A DNA stretch of 64,000 nucleotides from a candidate division FCPU426 bacterium (GTDB taxonomy: Bacteria; Oederibacteriota; Muellerivitia; Muellerivitales; Muellerivitaceae): positions 160,001-224,000 of the forward strand of contig CAVYSE010000028.1 of NCBI GenBank assembly GCA_963771075.1, in the 5' to 3' direction. Below are positions 53,176 to 61,752 of this stretch, piece by piece. The notes under the pieces were generated by a model. It was given only the letters and a program-made list of their open reading frames with translations, did not search any database and had not been told where the DNA came from. Position 1 is the stretch's first letter, and each line of letters opens with the position of its first letter. Position numbers and translations under genes: made by a program.

Positions 53176-54264
53176 TCAAAAGGTATCGGAAAGGACAACC
53201 CCGTTCCGGTAGTTCAGGCGCGAGAGGGGACCATCCGAAGCCCCCGCCGGGAGCCATGCCTGGTAACCCAAGTTCCAGGTTTCGCCCAGTCCCAAGTCGG
53301 CCTTAATCCAAAAAACCGCCGGTCCGCCATCCAGGGACTTCAGCAACCCCGCGAAGGCCCCCCATTTTGGGGCAACACGCTTCTCAACCGAAGCAAAAAA
53401 ATACGAAGCTTGGGTGAAACCGTCGGAAAAAGGGCCCAGCACCTGGCCCGAACCGTCCTTGAAAAACTCCAGGTTGTAGGTAACGAGGTTTTTCACGGTC
53501 GAGAGGCCCCCGATCCACGTCATTTCGCTTGTGCCGTCGTTATAAAGCCAATCCACGCCCTCCAACCGGGCCTGGAATTGGGGAAAGGTCCCGGAAAGCT
53601 CCAGCCCGGCTCCGTTGCGGCCGGTCAGGAAGGCGAAACTGGGGCTGACCCCGACCCCAATGCCCTTATCCACCAGCCGGATGACTTCCTCGGCCATGCC
53701 ACTGTCCAACCAGCGCACGGCGCCTTCCACGCTGAGAAAATCGAAAAGGAAGCAGGACAGGTCCAGGGCTTCACTCCCCAAAGGCTCGTCCCTTTGCCAG
53801 GCGAGGGGAGGCAGGGGGAAAAAATAATCGGTGGGCCGGTAGAAATAAGAGGACCCCCAATTGAAATCCATCAGCCCCGCCCTCACCTCCAGTGAGCCCT
53901 CGGTCCACTTGAGGAAAGCCCGGTCCAGCTGAAGGGTGTAAAGGGAACCATCCCCGTTGGAGAGGTCGTCGGTTTGAAGACGCAGGAAGTTCGAGTCGGG
54001 ATAAGCCAGCCAAGCGGGGGCCAAACCGTTCCCCGCGACTTGGCCGTCCGCCTCCCCGGCGAATGAAAACAGGAGGTCCGAGTCCAGGTCATCCTCGTTC
54101 CTCAGGAGCAGGCGGGAGAGGGCGTAAACGCCGGTGGCAGAGGGGCTAACGGCCCCGGCTTCCAGGGAAGCCATGCCGGAAATCAGGCTTCCCTCCTGGC
54201 CCCAGGACGGCATAAAGGTTAAAAACACAAAAAGAAAAAGTGGGTAGAGCCGGAAATTCTTCAT
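53176..54264 (-). CDS. Hypothetical exported protein, probable beta-barrel
   Basis: Signal peptide from ATG 54264; LDRAFL, RAG....WG....Y.PTD; C-terminal Phe. Confidence 0.6.
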   Translation of the reverse strand: MKNFRLYPLFLFVFLTFMPSWGQEGSLISGMASLEAGAVSPSATGVYALSRLLLRNEDDLDSDLLFSFAGEADGQVAGNGLAPAWLAYPDSNFLRLQTDDLSNGDGSLYTLQLDRAFLKWTEGSLEVRAGLMDFNWGSSYFYRPTDYFFPLPPLAWQRDEPLGSEALDLSCFLFDFLSVEGAVRWLDSGMAEEVIRLVDKGIGVGVSPSFAFLTGRNGAGLELSGTFPQFQARLEGVDWLYNDGTSEMTWIGGLSTVKNLVTYNLEFFKDGSGQVLGPFSDGFTQASYFFASVEKRVAPKWGAFAGLLKSLDGGPAVFWIKADLGLGETWNLGYQAWLPAGASDGPLSRLNYRNGVVLSDTF

Positions 54265-55349
54265 GCTTTTTTTGAGCTTCTCGGCGGGGAGCCCCTGCCT
54301 TTCGTTGTTTCCTTGATCTCCACCGTCCTTTGAGGAAAGGGAATCGTGATTCCCTCCTCCCGGTATCGGGCGTGGATGGCCTTGATGAACGCATGCCGCA
54401 ACAGGATCGTGGAAGGGTACTGGCGGGCGCTGAGAAGGACGTTCAAGTTGATGGAGGAATCGGCGAAGGAATGGAAACTCACCGCGGGCTCGAAATTCGG
54501 GTCCGCGTCCCTTACGTTTTTTTGGACCGATCGGGCCGTTTCCAGGGTTACCCTTTCCACTTTTTCCAGATCGCTGTCGTAATCCACTCCCAGTTCCACG
54601 AAGAAAGAGCAAAGGTCGTTGGGCAGGTGGTAATTCAAGATGCGTTCCTCGGCCAATTTGGAGTTAGGGATCACCAGGGTGGTGGTATCGATCAGCCGCA
54701 CGCGGGTGGAGCGCCACCCGATGGATTTCACCTCCCCCTGTTCACCCGTTGGAAGCTTGATGTAATGCCCCACCCGAATGGGTTTGTCCACCAACAGGTA
54801 CATTCCCGAGAAAAGGTTCGCGAGGGTGCTTTGCAGGGCCAGGGCCACCGCCAAGCTGCCCACGCCAAGGGACGCCAGGAGCGGGGTGATATTGATGCCC
54901 AGGCTCGCGAGAACCACGAGGATACCCAAGGACCAAACCCCGACCCTCACCAGCGCGGAAAATAGCAGGTGGGAATGCTTGAGGTCCCCGTGGCGGTTTT
55001 CCAGGTCCTTCAAGAGGCCCTGCAACAGGTTGTCCGCCAGGTAGACCAGGGCCACCATCAGGACGATCTTGAGGACCTTGATCATGAAGGCCTCGTCCTC
55101 CGCCAGGACGGGAGCGAATCGGCTGGCAAACATGACCCCGCCGATGATCCAAATGAGATAAGCGGGCAGGGGCAGGCCCTTCAGGATCATGTTATCGAAG
55201 AAATGGGAAGTACCGGAAACGGCCTTATTGAGGACGGAAAAGAACCCCCGCAAGAGGATAAAACCCAACACCAGCCACAGCCCTAAAACCACCAGGGCCA
55301 GGGTCCAATCCCCCATGACCGATAGGTCGCGCTGGAAAAGATGGTTCAT
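54261..55349 (-). CDS. Small-conductance mechanosensitive channel MscS family
   Basis: LLASLGVGSLAVALALQ.TL.N..SG, G.V..IGWRST, IPNS, GI.IPFPQ. Confidence 0.93.
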   Translation of the reverse strand: MNHLFQRDLSVMGDWTLALVVLGLWLVLGFILLRGFFSVLNKAVSGTSHFFDNMILKGLPLPAYLIWIIGGVMFASRFAPVLAEDEAFMIKVLKIVLMVALVYLADNLLQGLLKDLENRHGDLKHSHLLFSALVRVGVWSLGILVVLASLGINITPLLASLGVGSLAVALALQSTLANLFSGMYLLVDKPIRVGHYIKLPTGEQGEVKSIGWRSTRVRLIDTTTLVIPNSKLAEERILNYHLPNDLCSFFVELGVDYDSDLEKVERVTLETARSVQKNVRDADPNFEPAVSFHSFADSSINLNVLLSARQYPSTILLRHAFIKAIHARYREEGITIPFPQRTVEIKETTKGRGSPPRSSKKA

Positions 55350-55410
55350 GATTCCTCCCGCCTGAGATGGGTGTTCATTTATCCGATAGCTATTGACGAT
55401 TAGCCTTTAG

Positions 55411-55450
55411 CCCTTCGAGAGCCTCAGGGCCCCGAGTCATATCGGGGGGG
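55411..55450. repeat. Degenerate REP-like palindromic element
   Basis: CCCTTCGAGAGCCTCAGGGCCCCGAGTCATATCGGGGGG resembles CCCTTCGAC...CTCAGGG REP-type units; flanked by AGCTA-like heptamer repeats. Confidence 0.45.
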
Positions 55451-55479
55451 CTCATGGCAAAAAACTAACAGCTAAAAGC

Positions 55480-55716
55480 TTACGCATCGTTATCCAACAG
55501 CTCCCTGGCCAGCGCCTCATCCGACTTTTTGATCCAAAGCTTGACCCCGCCAAAGGTGGCGTCAAAAAAAGATCGGGGGCTCAATTGATTCATGATATCC
55601 CCACTTAAAAAACATTCCACGCCCTCGGCTTCCAGCTTGGACTTGGCCACCTCAGCCTCAAAATCGTTTGAAAAGGCCTTGTACGGGATCAGTTCCTCTT
55701 CCCGGGAATTTTCCAT
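55480..55716 (-). CDS. DUF2007 (putative signal-transducing) protein
   Basis: EAEVAKSKLEAEGVEC...GGVKLWI...D...ARELL. Confidence 0.8.
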   Translation of the reverse strand: MENSREEELIPYKAFSNDFEAEVAKSKLEAEGVECFLSGDIMNQLSPRSFFDATFGGVKLWIKKSDEALARELLDNDA

Positions 55717-56684
55717 TACTCTTTCCTGAAACAAGAAGGTTCATCCGGCACTGCGGATACCAGGGGCGGATAGGCTTCCTTCCCCAGATGGTCGCTAAAG
55801 TTCATCGCCTTCCCGCTTTCCGCGTCGAGCAGGTAAGTCAAGTCCGTGGCCCCTGGACCCAGGTTATCATGAACTGAAACCATCAACCATCGGCGGCCTT
55901 TTTTCTCGCAAAAGGAGAGCGCTCCCAATTCCAGTTTTCTTTTCAAGTTTTGAAAAGGCAGTTGCGATTTCCAGAGAATGTTTTTATCCGGATTGACACA
56001 AAGAACCTCCCCGTCGGACTGGAGGGCGAAGGTATTTCCCGAAGGGCCCCTTAACACATCCTGGATCGGGTCCGAACCGGCGGGCAGATTCCACTGCCAG
56101 GCCAGCTTATCTTCCCGGAATTGTATTTCCTCCACGGAACCATCGGCCAGAAGCACGAGAAAATTGCCGTCATCGGGGCAGAGTTTAACTTTGACCGGCT
56201 GGGTCGGAAGCGCGTATTCCCACCGGATCTTCACTCCCGTGGATTTTGCCTCTGCCAGGACCAGTCTTTTCCCCAAGCTTTCCGCCCCCAGGATAAGGCT
56301 GGGCTCTCCCTTGAGGTTCCAATCGGCCGCGACCGCGCTGACGATGGAAACCCCTTCCAGCGCCGACCAGTCCCAGATCACTCGCACCCCACTGTCCACC
56401 TTGCGGATGAGATAAACCTGGCGCGGCCCCCCGACCACCAGGACCCGATTCTCGATGGGCTGTGGCTGGACTTCCCTTGCCTGACCATCCCCATCGTATT
56501 CCCAATCGATCTTGTTTTGGTTGACGTGGACCACATGCCCCCGCTGGGTGCATAGGACCAGGGAAGGAAAACCCGGGACTTCTTTACCGGGTTTCGCGTT
56601 CACCCCGTTCGCGGATAACAACAAGAAAAGAGCTGTAACCAAAGCTTGAATTGGGTGGCTTTTAAACAAAGTGGATTTGATCAT
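55716..56684 (-). CDS. Secreted hypothetical protein, probable beta-propeller
   Basis: Signal peptide; repeated I/L.W(E/Q/D)(Y/W) motifs reminiscent of PQQ-like propellers. Confidence 0.6.
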   Translation of the reverse strand: MIKSTLFKSHPIQALVTALFLLLSANGVNAKPGKEVPGFPSLVLCTQRGHVVHVNQNKIDWEYDGDGQAREVQPQPIENRVLVVGGPRQVYLIRKVDSGVRVIWDWSALEGVSIVSAVAADWNLKGEPSLILGAESLGKRLVLAEAKSTGVKIRWEYALPTQPVKVKLCPDDGNFLVLLADGSVEEIQFREDKLAWQWNLPAGSDPIQDVLRGPSGNTFALQSDGEVLCVNPDKNILWKSQLPFQNLKRKLELGALSFCEKKGRRWLMVSVHDNLGPGATDLTYLLDAESGKAMNFSDHLGKEAYPPLVSAVPDEPSCFRKE

Positions 56685-56755
56685 TTTTCTTGGAGGCCGT
56701 TTCGAAGAGGGATGAGTCGGCTGCCAACTGTGGACAGTCGTCTGGGAACTGTTTT

Positions 56756-57247
56756 TTAGGTACACCAGAAGCGGATAGTCTCAAAACTGCGGTTGGCCTC
56801 CCGAATACGGGAGCAAAGGGTCACCACGACCATGTCCTGCACCCGCAGGGCGGTCGCGGGATGCTCCCATTTGATTCGCTCGTATTCACCATGGGAGAGC
56901 CAGAACAAAACGGAGTTTTCCTCCGCAACGGCGTCCGCGGAACGGGGCGCGTTGTCCACCAGGGCCATCTCGCCGAACAGGCTTCCCGAATTCAAGATGG
57001 TCAGAAGTTGCTCGTAAACTTCCCTCTTGCCGTCCGGAACGACCCGCCGGCTGATACGGATCTTGCCGGAACGCACCAGGTAAAAACCGTCCCCCGGATC
57101 GTTTTCCTTGAAAACATAGGTCCCCATGAGCAGGCTCTTTTCCTGGAAAATTCCCGAAAATACTTCCCAGTCTTTTTCCTTAAAACCTCGGTAGGGGGCG
57201 GCGTCCTTAAAAACGGTGAAATCTACCGGCATGTAGGCATCCCTCAT
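56756..57247 (-). CDS. Stand-alone cyclic-nucleotide-binding domain protein
   Basis: VF.E.D.GD.FY.V.SG, G..FGEMAL....RSA.A.A; no HTH. Confidence 0.88.
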   Translation of the reverse strand: MRDAYMPVDFTVFKDAAPYRGFKEKDWEVFSGIFQEKSLLMGTYVFKENDPGDGFYLVRSGKIRISRRVVPDGKREVYEQLLTILNSGSLFGEMALVDNAPRSADAVAEENSVLFWLSHGEYERIKWEHPATALRVQDMVVVTLCSRIREANRSFETIRFWCT

Positions 57248-57486
57248 GGTTTATCCCCAAGCGGTGGGGTTTTCTTTACTTTATAGCCAAATGGACGATT
57301 TTTAAATTTTTTACGAATTAAAATCGCAATCTTCCGTCTAGAAGTTGTGAATATTCATCAACTTTTCCATTCCAATCTGATTCAAGGAGGGGTTTTTATG
57401 AAAAAACCCTTCAATGTTTGTCTCTTCTGTTTGTTTTAATTAGTCTTATTGGTTTCATGTACCGCCACCGGTTAACAAAGCTCATC

Positions 57487-58911
57487 TTAACGGCCCTTCG
57501 TTTTTCCCAACAAGTCGTTAATAAACTGCCGGGCCGTGCGACCCGAGCGGCTGTTGTTGGCCCTCTCCCATTGGGCGGCCTTCAGGTGCAATTGGTCGAG
57601 AGGCATCTTGATCCCCTCGGCCTTGGCCCAACTTTCGACCATCCGGAAATAGGTTTCCTGGTCGGGGGAATAGAATGAAATCACCAAACCGAACCGGTCG
57701 GAAAGGGAGAGTTTCTCCTCCACCGTATCCGCGCCGTGGATCTCACCCTCGTTTTGAACGCCTTCCGTACGATCCGAGAAAAATTCCTTCACCAAATGCC
57801 TCCGGTTGGAGGTGGCGATCAGGATGACATTACTCGGTGTGGGTTCGAGGGTTCCTTCCAAAATAGCCTTAAGGCCCTTGTAAGACGTTTCATTCTCCTC
57901 AAAAGACAGGTCGTCCACGAAGATAATGAATTTCTCTTTCCTCCCCCTTAAAACCGGAAGAATGTCGTGCAATTCCCTAAGATCCGTCGGGGATACTTCC
58001 ACCAGCCTCAACCCCTTGTCTCCGTACTCGTTCAAAAGGGCTTTCACGGTTGAGGATTTGCCCGTGCCCCGCTCTCCATAAAGAAGCGCATTGTTGGCGG
58101 TCTTGCCCGCCACAAAGGCCTCGATATTATCGATCAAGGGCTGGCGCTGTTCCTGATAGCCCACCAACTGGTCCAGGCGGATCGGGTCCACCGATTCCAA
58201 ACCCACCATGTTCCCGCCTTGCCCCCGGTCCTCCCAGCGGAAGGCGCGGTAACGGCCAAAAAGCCCAAAACCATTCGCGTAGAAATAGGAGGCCACGCTT
58301 TCCGCCAGTCCCTGGGGAGATTGACTGCCCTGGAGGAGTTGACTCTTCAAGGCCTTTCGGGCAACGGCTTGGGACGAGGAGGGCTTACTCTTTTCTAATT
58401 TCCTCACTCCCTCCAGCGAGGGGACTTCGGCCCGATCCAACCGTCCGGATTTTCTCAGGAATTCCGCTTCCCAATCCACCTTGAGGATCTTGAGGAATAG
58501 GTCCAACTCCCTCATATAGGCTTGGTAAAGGGAGGGTGTGATTTCAGAAAGTGCGGATTGTTCAGTCTTGCGGTGAAAGGAGTTGGCGTCTTCCAATAAC
58601 CGTTCCAAGAAATAATCCTGCAACTGGGTTCCGACCCTGGGATGAGTTCCGAATTCCTCAAAGTCCACCACCGATTTCCAAAGACGGCCCCAACGGCGGA
58701 AGCCCTTGGCCGGGTCCTCCTCCTGCTTGCTGGATAACCAGCGAAGAACCCTGCTAAAAGCCTTGCCGGTCTCGCCGGTAAACACACCCTCCAAAAGAAT
58801 GAGGGAGTCCATCCAATCCAGGGCTTTGCGGGCGGTGGAGGAGGAAGGTATTAGGCGTGGCACGTCCTTGGGTATCCCCACGGCGGCCTTGCGAGCTTTG
58901 GCTTTGGACAT
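57487..58911 (-). CDS. DUF815 AAA+ ATPase
   Basis: NNALLYGERGTGKSS, FVDDLSFE, ATSNRRHL, EEKLSLSDRFG, SGRTARQF. Confidence 0.92.
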   Translation of the reverse strand: MSKAKARKAAVGIPKDVPRLIPSSSTARKALDWMDSLILLEGVFTGETGKAFSRVLRWLSSKQEEDPAKGFRRWGRLWKSVVDFEEFGTHPRVGTQLQDYFLERLLEDANSFHRKTEQSALSEITPSLYQAYMRELDLFLKILKVDWEAEFLRKSGRLDRAEVPSLEGVRKLEKSKPSSSQAVARKALKSQLLQGSQSPQGLAESVASYFYANGFGLFGRYRAFRWEDRGQGGNMVGLESVDPIRLDQLVGYQEQRQPLIDNIEAFVAGKTANNALLYGERGTGKSSTVKALLNEYGDKGLRLVEVSPTDLRELHDILPVLRGRKEKFIIFVDDLSFEENETSYKGLKAILEGTLEPTPSNVILIATSNRRHLVKEFFSDRTEGVQNEGEIHGADTVEEKLSLSDRFGLVISFYSPDQETYFRMVESWAKAEGIKMPLDQLHLKAAQWERANNSRSGRTARQFINDLLGKTKGR

Positions 58912-59117
58912 TGGTTTTTTTCCTCTGATTTTAGAGAACCCTCAAACTCTTACCAAAAAGTTACGAAGAACACGAAGAATGCCTCCAAAAACTACTAAAA
59001 CCAATAAACAACCGCGTGCCTTTTGTACCCTTCGTGGTAATAGTTTTTCATGATTTTACGTCTTTTTGCGTTTGAGAAAGCCCAATTTTGACCTCTCCCG
59101 GGTCTAAAATGAAAGCC

Positions 59118-60260
59118 ATGAGCGATGAAACCACGCTGGAAAAACTTCTGGGACAACGCACCACCCCGGGTGAACTTTATGAAAAACTGCCAGGTAATAA
59201 GGTTCGTTGTTACGCCTGCGGCCACCGATGCCCCATTCCGGAGGGCCGCCGCGGGGTTTGCCAGGTCCGGTTCAACGAGGGGGGCATCTTGCGGGTTCCG
59301 AATGGCTATTCCGCCGCCCTGCAGGTGGACCCCATCGAGAAGAAACCGTTTTTTCACGTCATGCCGGGTTCCCGGGCCTTTTCCTTCGGCATGCTCGGCT
59401 GTGATTTTCACTGCGATTATTGCCAGAACTGGTTCACCAGCCAGGCCCTGCGGGATCCCGAATGCGCGGAAGCTTCCTCCACCCTGACCGACCTAACCGC
59501 CCATGCCATCGTGGACTTGGCCATCCAGAACGAATGCCAGGTCATCACCTCCACCTATAACGAACCCCTCATTACGTCCGAATGGTCCTCCCAGGTTTTC
59601 GATTTGGCCCGCACCCGCGGATTGCTGACTTCCTTCGTGTCCAACGGAAACGCCACCCGCGAGGTGTTGGAATACCTGCGTCCCCGCCTGGACGCCTATA
59701 AGGTGGATCTCAAGAGTTTCAGCGACTCGACCTACCGCAAAACCTTCGGGGGCACCTTGAAACCGGTTTTGGAAAGCCTGGAAAGGCTCAAGGCCATGGG
59801 TTTCTGGGTGGAGGTGGTAACCCTGGTCGTGCCGGGATTGAATGACAGCGAAAACGAGCTTACGTCCATCGCCCGTTTCATCGCCTCGATCTCCAAGGAA
59901 ATCCCCTGGCATGTGACCGCTTTCCATCCGGATTATAAGATGGGGGACCGCCCCCCCACTGGCGCCGACCATTTGAACTTGAGCTATGAGATTGGCCGTT
60001 CGACGGGGTTGGATTTTGTATATTCGGGCAACCGCCCGGGCGAGGTGGGCATCACCGAGAACACTTACTGCCCTTCCTGCGATTTTCTTTTAGTGGAACG
60101 GATGGGTTACCGTATTCTCAATAATACACTGAAGCCCGACGGAGCCTGTCCCCAATGCTTCAGGATTCTGCCCGGCATTTGGAAGGCGCCTAATCGCAAG
60201 CCCAATCTGGTGCGGCCCGTTTTGGAAACACCCCTGGCCAATAAGGTTCTAGTGAAGTAA
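59118..60260 (+). CDS. AmmeMemoRadiSam-system radical SAM enzyme (PFL-activase-like)
   Basis: C..C...C.......G.C, DPIEKKP..H, GCDFHCDYCQNW, TYNEP, WH..AFHP.Y. Confidence 0.9.
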   Translation: MSDETTLEKLLGQRTTPGELYEKLPGNKVRCYACGHRCPIPEGRRGVCQVRFNEGGILRVPNGYSAALQVDPIEKKPFFHVMPGSRAFSFGMLGCDFHCDYCQNWFTSQALRDPECAEASSTLTDLTAHAIVDLAIQNECQVITSTYNEPLITSEWSSQVFDLARTRGLLTSFVSNGNATREVLEYLRPRLDAYKVDLKSFSDSTYRKTFGGTLKPVLESLERLKAMGFWVEVVTLVVPGLNDSENELTSIARFIASISKEIPWHVTAFHPDYKMGDRPPTGADHLNLSYEIGRSTGLDFVYSGNRPGEVGITENTYCPSCDFLLVERMGYRILNNTLKPDGACPQCFRILPGIWKAPNRKPNLVRPVLETPLANKVLVK

Positions 60261-60324
60261 CCTTCCTTTGCTTTTATAATGCGGCCAGCCATCCTGAAGA
60301 AACCATTCCGCCGGGTTGGAAACC

Positions 60325-61038
60325 ATGTTATTCATCACCTTCACCGAAGACACACCCACTTCCAAGCGCATTCCCTACGCCAATACCTTCATGATTCTCT
60401 TGAATATCGGCTTGGCTTTTTACACTCTGGACCGAACCGATTTTCTCCAGATCCTCGACCGCTTCGGGTTTATACCCGCCCGGCATCTTTCCTACAGCCT
60501 CATCACCGGCCTTTTTCTCCATAGCAGTTGGGCGCAGTTGGTGGCCAACATGACCTTTCTTTTCATGTTCGGGAGAGGGGTGGAAAAAGAATGGGGACCC
60601 GGCCGGTACTTCCTGGCTTACCTGGCCTGCGGTATCGCGGGAGAATTCACCCACCGTTATTTCACTCCGAATGGGGTCTTGGCCTTTGTGGGAGCCTCCC
60701 GGGTGGTGACGGGACTGGGCGTCATCTACCTGTTGCATTACCCCTGGGGCCGCATGAAATGGTACATCACCTTTTTTGGGGCGCCCATCGTGGAATTTCC
60801 CTCCCGCACCATCTACACCATGGTTTTATGGGCGGGCGTCCAAGCCGTGATGACCTTCCTGCCTTGGTACCGGTTTTCCCAGCTATTCCCGGCCTTGAAC
60901 CATTTCATCGGGCCCCTCCTGACCATCCACCCCACCGCGGGGACGGCCTGGATCGCCCATTTGGGCGCGGCCCTGGCGGGTCTGATCCTCTTTTTGATCT
61001 TCTCGATGAGTGACATCGGGAAAAAGAAAAGGAGGTAA
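60325..61038 (+). CDS. Divergent rhomboid-family protein
   Basis: FLH...QL..NM.FL..FG..VE, GASR, AW.AHLG. Confidence 0.78.
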   Translation: MLFITFTEDTPTSKRIPYANTFMILLNIGLAFYTLDRTDFLQILDRFGFIPARHLSYSLITGLFLHSSWAQLVANMTFLFMFGRGVEKEWGPGRYFLAYLACGIAGEFTHRYFTPNGVLAFVGASRVVTGLGVIYLLHYPWGRMKWYITFFGAPIVEFPSRTIYTMVLWAGVQAVMTFLPWYRFSQLFPALNHFIGPLLTIHPTAGTAWIAHLGAALAGLILFLIFSMSDIGKKKRR

Positions 61039-61041
61039 TGG

Positions 61042-61698
61042 GTGTTTTTCGTCTTACCCATTGAGGAGGGAAAGCCCCCCAAGCGGTTCCCCCTTGCCAA
61101 CTGGCTCTTGATCGGCTTGAACTGCTATTTCTTTTACAAGAGCGTCCTACGACCCGATTTCGAAACCTATGTCTGGCGCAACGGGTTTATCCCCGCCCAT
61201 CCCCATCCTTCCGCCATCTTCTCATCCATGTTCTTGCACGCGGGTCTCATGCATCTCTTGGGCAACATGTACTTTCTTTACGTGTTCGGGGACAAGGTGG
61301 AGGACCGGCTGGGTTTCTTCCGTTACTTGTTCGCCTACCTGGCGTGCGGGGTCGTGGCGGTTTGGACGCAATATTCCGTTTCGCCCCATTCCACCATCCC
61401 CATGATCGGGGCCTCGGGGGCCATCTCCGGCATCTGCGCCCTCTATATGATCCTTTTTCCCTGGCAGAAGATGCGTTGGCAGTTCTTCTTTTTGATCTTC
61501 CCCATCTTTTCCATTCCCTCCCGTGCCTTCTTCGTGGTGGGTTTATGGTTTTTGGAACAATACCTTTTGGCGTCCCATTCTTCGGTCAACCAGGGGGGCG
61601 TGGCCTTCTGGGCCCATGTGGGAGGTTTCTTCACGGGGCTGATCCTCACGGCCCTGTTGGACCCGGGACTCAGCCGGAAGGTCCGGCCGAGGGCTTAA
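61042..61698 (+). CDS. Rhomboid intramembrane serine protease
   Basis: FLHAGLMHLLGNM, IGASGAISG, VAFWAHVGGF. Confidence 0.92.
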   Translation: MFFVLPIEEGKPPKRFPLANWLLIGLNCYFFYKSVLRPDFETYVWRNGFIPAHPHPSAIFSSMFLHAGLMHLLGNMYFLYVFGDKVEDRLGFFRYLFAYLACGVVAVWTQYSVSPHSTIPMIGASGAISGICALYMILFPWQKMRWQFFFLIFPIFSIPSRAFFVVGLWFLEQYLLASHSSVNQGGVAFWAHVGGFFTGLILTALLDPGLSRKVRPRA

Positions 61699-61752
61699 AG
61701 GAATCCCGTCCCTTCCAGGCCCAACCCTGCGAGCTGTGTTAGAATCCGACCG

